Shown here piece after piece: positions 1 through 12,119 of a stretch of 64,000 nt of DNA. The notes beneath the pieces are model-generated. The model was not told the DNA's origin and searched no databases. It saw only the letters and a list, made by a program, of their open reading frames with translations. A program made the position numbers and the translations under genes. Source of the DNA: Octopus sinensis (lineage: Eukaryota); contig NC_043009.1 of assembly GCF_006345805.1 (NCBI RefSeq), forward strand, positions 64,418,001 through 64,482,000, written 5' to 3'. Position 1 is the first letter of the stretch. Each line of letters opens with the position of its first letter.

Positions 1-453
1 TTTGTTTGTCCCCCTCTATGTTTAGACCCCCCGTGGGTAAAAAAGAAATAAATATTAGAGTATTTTCGTTAATCATTACACGGTGATCGCTTATAAGCTT
101 TAAGCCAATGAAATATTATCATTTACAGAATTGTAACAATCGAAACTGCTTATCAAAACCCATCGCAAGAAACGTATATGTGTGTGTGTATGTGTATGTG
201 TGTGTGTATAGTAAAAAGATCGATAAAAATATATCATATATAAAATTAAAGTTTAGATAGGAGGCATCAAAATACAGCATTGAAGCCTTGTTTCAGGTAA
301 GTCTCAGGTAGCGTGCCTGAAGAGCACGTTTACCGCTAATGGCTACCAGGTGTCATAAGATACGCTTTGCCTTCATCAGTGGAATACACGCAAAATAGTA
401 CATAAATACAATATATATACATACAAATATATATATATATATATTATATATAT

Positions 454-487
<34 letters not shown>

Positions 488-615
488 GACATACGAATAC
501 TTACATATACGCAAGTATACACACAAATATATACACGTGCGGGCAATTTAAACTGGTCGTGTGCATATGTGCATATATATGCGTGCATACGTGCGTATAT
601 GTAAGTATTAGTATG

Positions 616-649
<34 letters not shown>

Positions 650-651
<2 letters not shown>

Positions 652-848
652 TCGCCATGATAGATTGTTAGCCACTACACACATTTTATTCTCTCCTTGT
701 TTCTCTTCTTGTTTATTCTGTGTCTCTTTCTGTAGAAGAGCGTAGACTCGAAACGTAAAAGACTTTTTCTATTCCTGAGCGTTATACTAATACATCTGTT
801 TGTTTTGTACACCACCTGTCTTCGTCTTTTGTTTTTTCGTAAACTCTA
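650..848 (+). mobile_element. PLE 3'-terminal (pLTR-like) fragment with hammerhead, flanked by (TA)n
   Basis: Homologous to the terminus (about 44565-44710) of the RT/GIY-YIG PLE at 44565-47062 and to 17925-18190. Confidence 0.7.
725..762 (+). ncRNA. Minimal type I hammerhead-like motif, core CUGUAGA
   Basis: tcttt CTGTAGA a GAG cgtaga CTC GAAA CG TA / aaaga. Stem I is 5 bp, stem II 3 bp, stem III is the ACGU palindrome. Confidence 0.65.
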
Positions 849-882
849 TATATACTTTATTGAAAAGCAACAGAAATATCAC

Positions 883-929
883 AAAAGCTGTTACTCAAAG
901 TTTCTCATTCCCGTTCGTCGGACAGTTTT
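883..929 (-). ncRNA. Minimal type I hammerhead-like motif, core CCGACGA
   Basis: Minus strand reads aaaactgt CCGACGA acgggaatga GAAA CTT T GAG TA / acagctttt. Stems I and III pair; stem II is weak. Confidence 0.55.
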
Positions 930-1728
930 GTTAGAATGGAACAGAAATGATGATATAATCAAACATAAAAATAGTTTAAATGATACACTTTTGAAAATGG
1001 TCTTGTTTCATTGGTCCTTTCAACTAACGGACTTATGTATGCAATAAACAAAATTCAGTATAAATTCATATTGTAGTAAAATCGAAGAAAATCTTAAGTC
1101 GATGGGCAGAGTCTAAATAAATATGGTAAATAATTATATACAAAATATAAATGAATTAATGCATTAACAGTTATATCCATTTAAAAATTGAAATTAAACA
1201 TTAAAAATTACATATTTTTCAGCAGTATATACCCATACTAAACCATCTATAGTATGCATATATACACTAAAATATACATGTGCATGTACATAGTTATATA
1301 CATATATAGACATATATAGGTGCGACATAAATATGTACACAAATACATCATATTTTTTTATTTTTTAAATTTTATCTAGTTTCAGCTCACGAGCTGTGGC
1401 CATGCTGGGGCACCGCATATGTACACACATACATCATATGTACGCACACATACACGCGCATAAAGTCTCTTGGTGTATACATATACAAGTCAGTTGTTAC
1501 CGACTAAAAAGATGGGAAGTACATTAAGCGTAGGGAGGAGGGAGAGAAAAAGTAAAAATAAAAAAGAAAAAGAAACTGAAACAAAAAAACTAGCGAGAGA
1601 AGAGAGAAAGAGGTTGCTACGTAGAAACGCGAAACCAGTATCGAGTAAGAAGAAAAAGAAAGGAGAGATGCTTCACGAATTGTGCTCAACGAACGCACTC
1701 ATAAAATAAAATTACATATGTATATACA

Positions 1729-2139
1729 CAGGAGTGGCCCTTGTGGTAAGTAGCTTGCTAACCAACCACATGGTTCCGGTTTCAGTCCCACTGCGTGGCA
1801 TCTTGGGCAAGTGTCTTCTGCTATAGCCCCGGGCCGACCAATGCCTTGTGAGTGGATTTGGTAGACGGAAACTGAAAGAAGCCTGTCGTATATATGTATA
1901 TGTATATATATGTATGTGTGTGTTTGTGTGTCTGTGTTTGTCCCCCTAGCATTGCTTGACAACCGATGCTGGTGTGTTTACGTCCCCGTCATTTAGCGGT
2001 TCGACCGATAGAATATATACTGGGCTTACAAAGAATAAGTCCCGGGGTCGATTTGCTCGACTAAAGGCGGTGCCGCAGTCAAATGACTAAAGGCATGGCC
2101 GCAGTCAAATGACTGAAACAAGTAAAAGAGTAAAGAGTA
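1729..2139 (+). mobile_element. tRNA-derived SINE family B; other copies at 11820-12280(-), 28255-28632(-), 30410-30545(-, degenerate), 34607-34745(+, 3' part), 37137-37531(-), 63687-64000(+)
   Basis: Head GGAGTGGC..GTGGTAAG...GGTTCAGTCCCACT with A/B-box-like motifs, an internal TA/TG tract and a (GAGTAAA)n tail; multiple dispersed copies. Confidence 0.85.
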
Positions 2140-2435
2140 ATAACTATACATATGAATACAAATACACATATGTGATTACGCATATAAATATACAAAAATA
2201 TGTACGCATATACATGCTCACATGAATATAAGTATATACACGTATGCATATACAGCTATGTGCCTATGTTCATAAATATAAACATACACGTATACTTACA
2301 CACGTACACACACATACATGTACACGTACGGACACATACACATACTCATGTACACCCACGATACATCCATACACACAAAAATAAATATACAGTGACACAT
2401 CTATATCGTAATGTATATACGTATACAAACAAATA

Positions 2436-2671
2436 GGCGGCGAGCTGGCAGAAACGTTAGCACGCTGGGAGAAATGCGTAGCCGTATTTCGTCTGGCGTT
2501 ACGTTCTGGGTTCAAATTTCGCCGAGGTCGACTTTGCCTTTCATCCTTTCGGGGTCGATAAATTAAGTACCAGTTGCGCACTGGAGTCGATATAATCGAC
2601 TTAATCCGTTTATCTGTCCTTGTTTGTCCCCTCTGTGTTTAGTTTGTCCCCTTGTGGGTAGTAAAGAAATA
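2436..2671 (+). mobile_element. tRNA-derived SINE family A; other copies near 1-50, 9380-9548(-), 9560-9775, 13127-13320(-), 16524-16720, 26050-26232, 27737-27968, 29693-29897(-), 31190-31400(-), 31515-31718(-), 32215-32390(-), 32445-32640, 44040-44150, 47665-47880, 58800-58995(-), 61775-61997(-)
   Basis: GGCGGCGAGCTGGCAGAA...GAGTTCAAATTCCGCC head and conserved body GTCGACTTTGCCTTTCATCCTTTCGGGGTCGATAAA; about 17 copies. Confidence 0.85.
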
Positions 2672-2699
2672 TATATATACAAATAATTTCAAAAGATGC

Positions 2700-4795
2700 C
2701 CGGTGTATGTAAAATCAAAATATGGATAAAAAGGCGTTTCAAAATGCAGCACTATATAAGGAATCATCTGCAAATTAAAAGTAAAGCTTAAATAGGTTTG
2801 TAAAATTCAATAAAGTAAAATAAAATGAAATATTATAAATATCAAAAAGTTTTAATAATAAAATTCTAGACAAAGCCTAAGCTTGAAAATGATATGCAAA
2901 ACAGTCGAAGTTTTTCTTAAAGAATGTGTTGAAATATATTCAATATCGCTGCGATGCGTAACCACCATATATTACAAAGACAAATTCACAAGTAGCAGTC
3001 GAAAATAATTCAAAAGTCAAAACATACTATCCGTATGGTATTTTGTCGGTTAACATTTAAAATTCTGTTGCAGGAAATTAAAAGTTCGCGTCTCTGATTT
3101 AAAGCGCTTTTATCCTGGAACAAGATGAAGAATTTTTCCGAAAGGCATAAATTGCATTTCATGGGTCTTTTATGAGCTCCATGTCTGTAAGCTTATGCTT
3201 TGTCTAAGATTTTCCGTCCTGTTTTCGGGGTACCGGAAGGAATTTCTGTGGGAATAAAATCGGGTCTTGAAAGAATTTTCAGAAGCCCTGTGTATGTTTT
3301 ATATTCTTGCAAGCCTTCTATTTGTACTTTGGCCCTCTATACAATCCCTTTTTCCAGACATTTTCCTTCCAACGGACAGGGGGTCTCATCTTTGAAATTA
3401 CAATTCTTTGGATTAGAATAGGCACTGAAGTTATCTGTGATTATTTTAGTGTTGTGTTGGCTAATGAAAGAGGCGAAGTTTTTACAATAATAGCTAATTT
3501 TCAGCGTTCGCCTATTAAATATTCTGTAGAACTTATGGCTAGGTTGAAAATGCTTGGAGACTAATTTAAAAAATTCATTACCTATATTATATTTGTTTTT
3601 ATGACTATATTAAATGCTGGGTTGAACCAAAAAACCCTCATAGTTCTAGTTCTACGTGTTGTATTATTGCTCGCATTAAATTGGTTGTATTGGATCTTCT
3701 CCAAGAATCCACTATTCTTTAATGCGTTATTGTAATAGGGTGCAGCATTTTGAAATGCTGTCTCATCCGAAGAAATTGAAAATATTCGCCTACCTACATT
3801 ATTGACAATGTTCTTAAGAATAACGGGTGGATGAATAGATTCTTTGCTAATATAAGATAGCTTTTCATTAGGCTTACGGAAAGGTTTGAAACTATTTAAC
3901 TGTAAATCTAAATTAATATCTAAGAAATCTACGTTTTTTTTTTAAAATTACTATCTATCGTAATCCATAAGCCCATTCTTTAGAAGAAGACATTTAGATC
4001 CTTCCTAAGCTTATCTAAATCATGGCCGTTTCAAATAATTGGTGACTATAAGGCCGTCATCCCTGTATAATCCTGCGTCTATTAGAGGGAATCTTAGACT
4101 TAGATTATGCAAAATATAAGCTCCTATAAGCACACATAACGCAGCCCCATAATATGCCCCGTGATCGGTACATCGAAAAGAGAATCCTCACTCTTTTTGA
4201 CCCAGGTTGAATCCTCGTAGAAAAGAAGAGATTTTCTCGCATGCAGTATAATATCCATTTCCGAGTCATCGATGCTGACATACTGCTTGGTGAAGTCTAA
4301 TGCTTTTAGAAGCAAAGGCCTGGATATTGACGGGTAAAAATCAACAATATCAAACTGTGTAAACTTACAATTATGCTTATGGCTAATCTCTTTGAACCGA
4401 TCTATCACTGACTTGCTATTATTCCAAATCTGTAAATTTAATTCACTATCTAACATAGTTAAAATACGATCTAAAATATATTTGCTAATAATACCTATTT
4501 CAGTTTTAGCAGGATTAATCAATCTACATTTAGGGTTTCTATTAAAATTAGTTTTATGGTATTTTAGGGTAATAAAAGAGTGGCGCTGAGGGAGATATTC
4601 TATCCTATCACTAACTTTAAGATTGTTAGCAATTCTTCTTGCCTCCAAATTCACCTGTTTATATAAATTTGCGTTGTCTTTTTTTTTATGTATCTGTGAT
4701 ACTATTCGAAATTAAACGCTTATAAACGTCCTTATCAACCGCATATAAGATTTTTGTCTTATCAGAGTTCACGAAGATCTTATATACATAAACGT
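2700..4795 (-). mobile_element. Degenerate Penelope-like retroelement (Naiad-type), RT plus C-terminal GIY-YIG
   Basis: Ordered motifs DKT, CRLINPAK, FDIVDFYPSI, GLYRDDGL, FLD, HPP, WFNP, HKFYRIFNR, CPLEGKC, KTYTG..ENSFKTRFYSH, LNQRREL, with stops and frameshifts. Confidence 0.9.
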
Positions 4796-4996
4796 ATTGA
4801 TGTATGCATAAACATATGAATATTCGTGTATGAGTATGTGAGAGAGAGAGAGAGTGAGATAGTGGGAGGGAGAGAATGTATGATTATATAAATGCATAAC
4901 AGTAAATAATAACCTTCCTGTTGATTACTCCGTTATTTTCGCTGACGCTTTTTGCAATCAACTCTCGTCTGATACCTGTAAAGTATAATTTGATTT

Positions 4997-5312
4997 AGGT
5001 TAGAGCGTCGAGCTTACGATCGTGAGGTTGTGAGCTCGAATCCCGGACCGGGCTGCGTGTTGTGTTCTTGAGCAAGACACTTTATTTCACGTTGCTCCAG
5101 TTCACTCAGCTGTAGAAATGAGTTGCGACGTCATTGGTGCCAAGCTGTATCGACCTTTGTCTTTCCCTTGGATAACATCGGTGACGTGGAGAGGGGAGGC
5201 CGGTATGCATGGGCGACTGCTGGTCTTCCATAAACAACCATGCCCAGACTTGTGACTAGGAGGGTAACTTTCTAGGTGCAATCCCATGGTCAGTGTCGTG
5301 ACCGAAGGGGTC
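4997..5312 (+). mobile_element. SINE family D (CORE-like TTGAGCAAGACACTT body); related copies at 22770-22985(-), 27195-27310(-), 47122-47440(-), 48184-48505(-)
   Basis: tRNA-like head (GGTTAGAGCG...GAGCTCGAATCCC) and shared body CACGTTGCTCCAGTCCACTCAGCTG. Confidence 0.75.
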
Positions 5313-5907
5313 CCGGATCCCGGAATTTCATATGATCAAGTCTGCCTAGAAAGCTCGTTCTGTCTTTGAACAACGTACCCTATTACATTATGCTATATTC
5401 TGTTTGCTTGATCACGGGTACCGGTCCGAAAGTGGTGCTGCCCTTTCTCTCTTCTGGTGTCACATTCTTGATATTTGACTGGTACATGCCTAGGAGGGTC
5501 TATTTCTGCTTGCGATTACATAGGCATGTAAAACAATGGACCAGCCGCATGGATCGTGCTACAAGCTCATACTAACTTGCGAGTGACGAACGAACCGCTG
5601 GTCTGACAGATGGACAGGCTGATGGATGTAGAACTGACCATTCCGAGATCGTCTCCGCTGTTTACATCATCTTTCGTGTCGCTGTTTATTGGAGTCCACG
5701 GATGACTGTATTATTAAGTTGATAACAGGTACGAATTCTGTTTAAATATGAATAAAACGTGACAGTTGTACAAGATATTACATTACATATAGAGTAAAAA
5801 CGCAACGGGGTAAACTTATCAAAAGGGACGATAATGAACGAGGGGGTTCTAGAGAAAAAAAATAAAAAACAGACGGCTTAGGGACAAAGAAAAGGAAGGG
5901 AATATGA

Positions 5908-5954
<47 letters not shown>

Positions 5955-5959
5955 ACAAA

Positions 5960-6812
5960 TAGGGTGCGATGGGGAAATTGTCGCCAGTTTATATTTTAAA
6001 TTTCACGCATGCGCATTGTTTGCTTTTGAGTTTGTCGATAACTCAGTATAGTAGGGCCAGTTGGGCACCGTCTGTGAGAAAAAACTGCCAGAAAATTGGA
6101 CACGGCATACCGTACCACTTATCATTCGCGCCGGAAGTTCCAATACGAACATTTCAGATTATTTGGGTGTAAGTCTGAGGAAAGTGCAATCTGAAGACAT
6201 GTACCGAGAGCGATAAGAATCAAACGTCCAGTCAACACCATGTTGTTTGCAGTGATTACTAGGAGTGGCGACGTTATGCCTCCATTCATCTTCCCACACA
6301 GCCTCAAACTCAGCACGGAGGCCTACATCAAGAACCTGGAGTTAGTAGTGATGCCCTGGGTGAAGAAGGTGGCTGCTGGAAGGTCGTATGTCTGGCAACA
6401 GGACTCTGCACCATGCCATACAAGGATGAGAACCCAGTCATGGCTATCAGACAATTTCTGAGACCACATCACCCCTAACATCTGGCCATCTAACTCCCCA
6501 GACTGCAACCCCCTTCATTATTATGTATGGGGCGCAGTTGAGCGGGAGACCAACAAAACTCCTTGTAACACCAAAGATGAACTGAAGGCAAGGATTATGT
6601 CAGTATTCTCCAACTTAAACAAGGAGACTGTCCAGAAAAGTTGCAGGAGATTCTGAAGTCATCTGGAGGCTGTGGTTGAAGTCAATGGAGATTTTATTGA
6701 ATAAGTTTACTCTTTAGCATTTCAAGATATTTTTATGTAATTTTGCTAAATGAGATGTCAGTGATATTTTCTTTTTGCGTAAGTCTGACGACAGCTTAAT
6801 CACCGTTGCCTG
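5960..6812 (+). mobile_element. Internally deleted maT (DD37D) Tc1/mariner transposon
   Basis: WQQDSAPCH...WPSNSPDCNPL[H]YYVW with 37 residues between the second D and the third catalytic position (here H). Contains an in-frame TGA; ends are degenerate. Confidence 0.8.
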
Positions 6813-6822
6813 TATGTACATG

Positions 6823-6873
<51 letters not shown>

Positions 6874-6905
6874 ATATATAATATATATATATATTATATA
6901 TATAT

Positions 6906-8367
6906 TATATATTATATATACACACTCGCCTGCACGCGCACACACATGCATGCATGCACACGCGCACACCTACACGCATGTACGCATACATGCATACATG
7001 CATACACACACACACGCACGTACACATACATACACACATACATACACCCATACGCATACATGCATCCTACACACACAGACATACACACTCACACATACAT
7101 ACACACACACACTCACTCACACACCTGCATGTATGCGCACACACATGCACATACACACACTTCCACACACACACACGTACATACATACACACTCATAGAC
7201 ATACAACACACACACACACACACACGGACATACATCTATACACACACATATACACACACATACTTACATACATTCATCGGACACACTGACACCCAGACTT
7301 ACACACAGACACACTCACACATCCACACACATACATACTTACACACACACTCGCAGGCGCACGCACATACACGCTTGTGCACGTTCGCGCACGCATACAT
7401 GCATGCATGCACCACGCTCGTGGGTACCGACTAGATCTCCTGTTCGTATCTGGAGCCGGCGCGTGTCTTTGGGTTCTCCCACGCCTGTCGCCGCGAGACC
7501 ACTCTTCCATCTTCCCCCCCTCCGCTGCAGTTTTTTTCCTTAACCCCCCCCCCCCTTATGTACACACACGCACACACATACACACACCCACTCACACACA
7601 CACATTTGCATATATATATACATTACACTTACACACACTTCAAATTTACTTGCCATACACACAACTACGCACACTGGACACACACACACTACCACTCAAC
7701 ACACACACTGGCACGTTACATACGCCCCCACCCTTTCCCTCCTTCCCTTCTTCCCTCCTTCCTCCTTTTTTTACCACTGACCACTCACTTGAGACTTGCT
7801 ATGTCATCTGTTCGCCCTGCACGCACTAACATATACATATTTTTTGTTTTTTTATCTCGCCTCACACACACATACACACACGCACACGCACACACTCACA
7901 CATACATATACACGCACACACACATACCTCCCTGTTTCTGATATGCCTTTCTGACTTGCTAGGGTACCCCCCCCCCACACTCCTTTAATTCTACTACTGC
8001 CTGCTACTAGCCATTGTCCACCATACACACACATACACACACACGCTCACACTCACACACACACCCTTGTCATCTCGCACACCTTTTTTACCATTCCCTC
8101 TTTGATTCAGCTCTCCTGTTTTTAAAAAACATTTTCCTCCTTTTTTACCACTTCCGTCTTTTTAGTATGTGACCTCGTGAAGACTACCTGCAATTTTTTT
8201 TCCTCTGTCCTCCCGTCTCGGGATCTTTCTTTCTCCTATGTTTCCGACGAAGAGCTCCGCTCGAAACGTCATACCCTCCTTCTTCCATTTTCCTGAGCGC
8301 CTAATAATAATAATACTGTAATTGTTCCACGTGTTGTTGTTTTTTCTGTTTTCCCGTTTCGATTACC

Positions 8368-8370
<3 letters not shown>
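6906..8370 (+). mobile_element. CA-rich non-coding PLE-like 3' region ending in a hammerhead and a (TA)n junction
   Basis: Architecture parallels the CA-rich 3' UTR plus hammerhead end of the PLE at 44565-47062. Its terminal 89 nt recur at 34798-34886. Confidence 0.55.
8240..8274 (+). ncRNA. Minimal type I hammerhead-like motif, core CCGACGA
   Basis: gttt CCGACGA a GAGC tcc GCTC GAAA CG TC / atac. Stem II is 4 bp, stem III is the ACGU palindrome, stem I has 3 of 4 pairs. Confidence 0.65.
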
Positions 8371-8439
<69 letters not shown>

Positions 8440-10194
8440 GGATGGTCATGTTGCCAGTTTTCGCCATATATATATATAATACAAATTTAGTGAATGGAGT
8501 AGATAAAATCCGGGCTACATAGGATTCCTAGCAAGCAGAGCTTTGGAAGGAGTAGTTACCCACACGAATACTCAGCTAGCTATTTATCAGGCTGAATATA
8601 CCTTAGTCAAGTGCTTTCCACGCATTTTCGATCATATCTCCTGTAAGCTGACATAGAATTCTTTGACGATAATGTAACCTTCAAACTGACCATGGTATGT
8701 TTGGCTTGATTAATATCTAACGGAATACCCTTCGTTTGGGTAATTAGTACTTCCAATGTCCTGCTAGCTATGAAGAATGGATTTTATCAACTCCATTCTC
8801 TTAATCTGGATTTTTATTCACATACACAGTAACTCCAGTTGCTAACCGTGACCTACGAACTAACTTTTTCAGCTAATCGAACTTCGATATGGTAAAAATT
8901 TACAACCTTCTGCGTCAATAAACCACCATTGTTCCTAAAAGTTGTTTTTGGATACTTTCCACGGACTGCATGAAGCCTAGTAACTTCCTACACCTTGATC
9001 CTTCAATCTTACCTTTACACACACACTCACACACACACACACACACACACACACAAGCACACGCCCACACACATACACAATCTTGCAAGCAGAGGAAAGC
9101 GAGAAAGAAAAAGAAAGAAACAGATAAAGAAGACTTGGTTACAATTGGTACTTTTTTCAGGAAATCATATCGTAAATTACATTTCAAGTTTTAGGTCCCG
9201 AGAGTATATGTTTCTTATATGGAGGAGAGAAAACAACAAGGGAAGGAAATGGAACAAATCCTTGATATAAGATTGAGGAAAACCAGAGACGACACGAAAA
9301 CTGTGAGGAATTGGTACGAGGTGTTCTAGTCTATTCATATATTGGTTTAAAATTCCTGCACAAGCTCAGCATGTTCATGGAAGTCGACTATATTGACCCA
9401 TTCTCAACTAATTACCATTTTGTCGATCCTGAAAGGATGAAAGACAAAACCGACCTCGGTGGAATTTGAACTCAGAACGAAAAGACGGACGAAATGCTTC
9501 TAAGCATTTCGTCCGGCGTACTAACAGTTTTGCCAGCTCACTCTTCCCCAGTAAACAAGAGTTTGCGTGCTGGAAGAAAGTTACGACATCGGACAAAAAG
9601 TTTAGCAGCATTTCTTCCGACTTCACGTTCGATTGCCGCTGGAGTCGACTTTACCTTTCATTCTTTCTGGGTCGGTAACATAAGTATTAATAGAGCACTG
9701 AAATCAATGTACTTGATCTACCCCTCCCAAATAATTGCTGGGTTTCTGCCAAAATTTGAAACGAATATCTTTCGAAATATTTCGTAAAAGCAGAAAATTT
9801 CTATTGTGAAACAACTTGTTTTTTTGGCCTTATGAATATTGCGTACATTTGCACTGAACTTTATTGGGTCACACTTTTCGTTATAAGAAACATGTATAGT
9901 TTGTATTACTTAATTATGTTGCCAACATTTTACACTTTGCTGTTTTTCATTCTATTCTACAAACACAAAACGATTTCAATACCCTCCGGAATTGCCAAAG
10001 AGTTGCTTTAATATTTCTAATATTGAATAAAATAAAATAATGATGAATACACATATATTTGTACATGTTGAACAAAATGATTAGTAGTAGTAGTAGTAGC
10101 AGCAGCAGCAGCAGCAGTAGTAGTATAGGTAGTAATAGTAGTAGTAGTAGTAGTTGTAGTAGTAGTTTTGTCTTGGTTTAAAAGATGGACCAAA

Positions 10195-10520
10195 GCAAAT
10201 ATTCTTTTCAGTACCACAGATTTGTTTGTCAGTCGTTTGACCTTAAACAGTTGAGCATGTTCCTGGGTGGCTGACGATATGTGCATCTCTGATCACGAGC
10301 AGAAGTAGTGGGGGAGCATCATAGCCATGTGTTGAGTGGAATTCTTTGGGGTTTGAATAATTCACATCTGGAAACTTGAGTGTTTCGTTCATCAACCTTA
10401 AGCAAACCTTATTCAAAGACCTTTTGAGCGGGATGGGCTACTCGACCTGAAGAAAATTCTAACAGGGTCCCACCTGCAAGGTCATGCATTGTTAATCTTG
10501 ATATGAGAACACCATTATTT
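10195..10520 (-). mobile_element. Interspersed repeat, SINE/LINE-related, family unassigned
   Basis: Higher-complexity block that I recognise as a common octopod repeat, beside a (TAG/CAG)n tract; no ORF. Confidence 0.35.
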
Positions 10521-10535
10521 ACATTATTTACATTT

Positions 10536-10610
10536 CCCTGTATAATCCTGCATCTATTAGCGGGAATTCTAGATTTAGATTATACAAAATATAAACTTTT
10601 TCATGCTATT
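10536..10610 (-). mobile_element. Short fragment of the same PLE family as 2700-4795
   Basis: Close match to 4060-4125 (ccctgtataatcctgc..ctattag..gggaat, the GLYRD region). Confidence 0.75.
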
Positions 10611-12058
10611 GTAGACTTTTATTAATGCTTTCTTTTTAGTAAATGTTACGTAAATATAATTAATATATAGCTTCCTTTATTATAGCACATAGACATACCT
10701 GTTTCTGTGAGCACTTGAGTGCGTAATAGTATAACACACTGATCAGAATGGTCTAGTGTTTTCGATTATGAAACGGTACAGCGTCAAAACACATCATTAA
10801 CCCTCATCGCGCCATAAAGTTTTAATTAGATTTGACTTTGTTAAATTTTTATTTGGACCGCAACATTGTTTATTATGTTATAATCATATTGACAGAAAAC
10901 GACAACGAATTCACTCACCAGCGTTTCCAATCGCCATTTTACACACTTTCTCTTTTACAATTACTACCATTAACTCTGCTCTCATAAATATTTTACATTA
11001 TTATTAAAAGGGAGACATTTTGTACCAAACAACAGTGTGTCCCTAACATTGTGTCATACCATAACAAAGACAACTCTGTATTTTTGCTGCTCCAGAACCT
11101 CCCGTTACCAATCATTCTCTGAAAATACTATAAATGAACTCTTCCAAAATGTACCCTTTTAATGCCAAACATGTCACCGCAAATATAAACAACGCCACGT
11201 GAAAAGACTTCTTTTGTTGCTTCAGCACGCATTACATCATCCAGCAAGCACAAGCATTAAGTTTTCGTGCGAGATTCTCCCCTCAACGGACTTACATTTT
11301 AACACTGAATACGAGTGTATTCCAATCTCTGTAGACACTGCAGTGATTCCTGTGCATAAGAACCGTCTGTTCTCTGAATCAAGGAAGGAGGCCCCTAATT
11401 GGCCGTGCGATCTACCAACATAACCGCCAAATCTGTTTTAAATGTCTTAGCAACGGGGACATCAGATAAGTATGTTCTGTTTCTCTCAAACCTAGGAAAA
11501 ATAATGGACGGAGATAAAAAGGTTCTGGTATAATATAAAACGGCGTCTCTTGATTTGAGACAAACAAGAAGAATGCGAACACAGAAGGACTTTATATTTT
11601 CGTTAAATACAAACATGAATAGAAATGTTTAACACGTGTGGACAGTGGCAAACTCACGGGATAGCCAGGAACAATAGAGAGGAATGATGGAGATCAGTGT
11701 GAGCGGATGGCCTTAAATGGAGGGTGAATGAGAGATGGGCAATATAGAGCGAGGGAAAGATAACTTGAGGCAAAGTGAGAGAAGCACATATTTTTACGAT
11801 GAGAAATATGATGGTGTCCTTTTATTCTTTTATTTGCTTCAGTCATATGACTGCGGCCATGTTGGAGCACTGCCTTTAGTCGAGCAAATCGACCCCAGGA
11901 CTTATTCTTTATAAGCCAAATATTTATTTTATCTTTTTTTTTGCCGAACCGCTAAGTTATGAAGATGGAAACAAATCAGCATCGTTTGTCAAGCTATGTT
12001 AGGGGAACAAACACCGACTCAAACACACACACACACACACACACATACACACACATAC

Positions 12059-12119
<61 letters not shown>

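Noticed and set aside
300-380. Minus-strand CTGATGAAGG near 373 as a hammerhead
   Set aside because: No properly positioned GAAA, stem III or UH site.
6775-7941. Long His/Thr-rich ORFs (and the many YIYI, CVCV and THTH ORFs across the window)
   Set aside because: They are translations of (CA)n, (TA)n and (TACA)n tracts that are open in several frames, with no domain or splice support.
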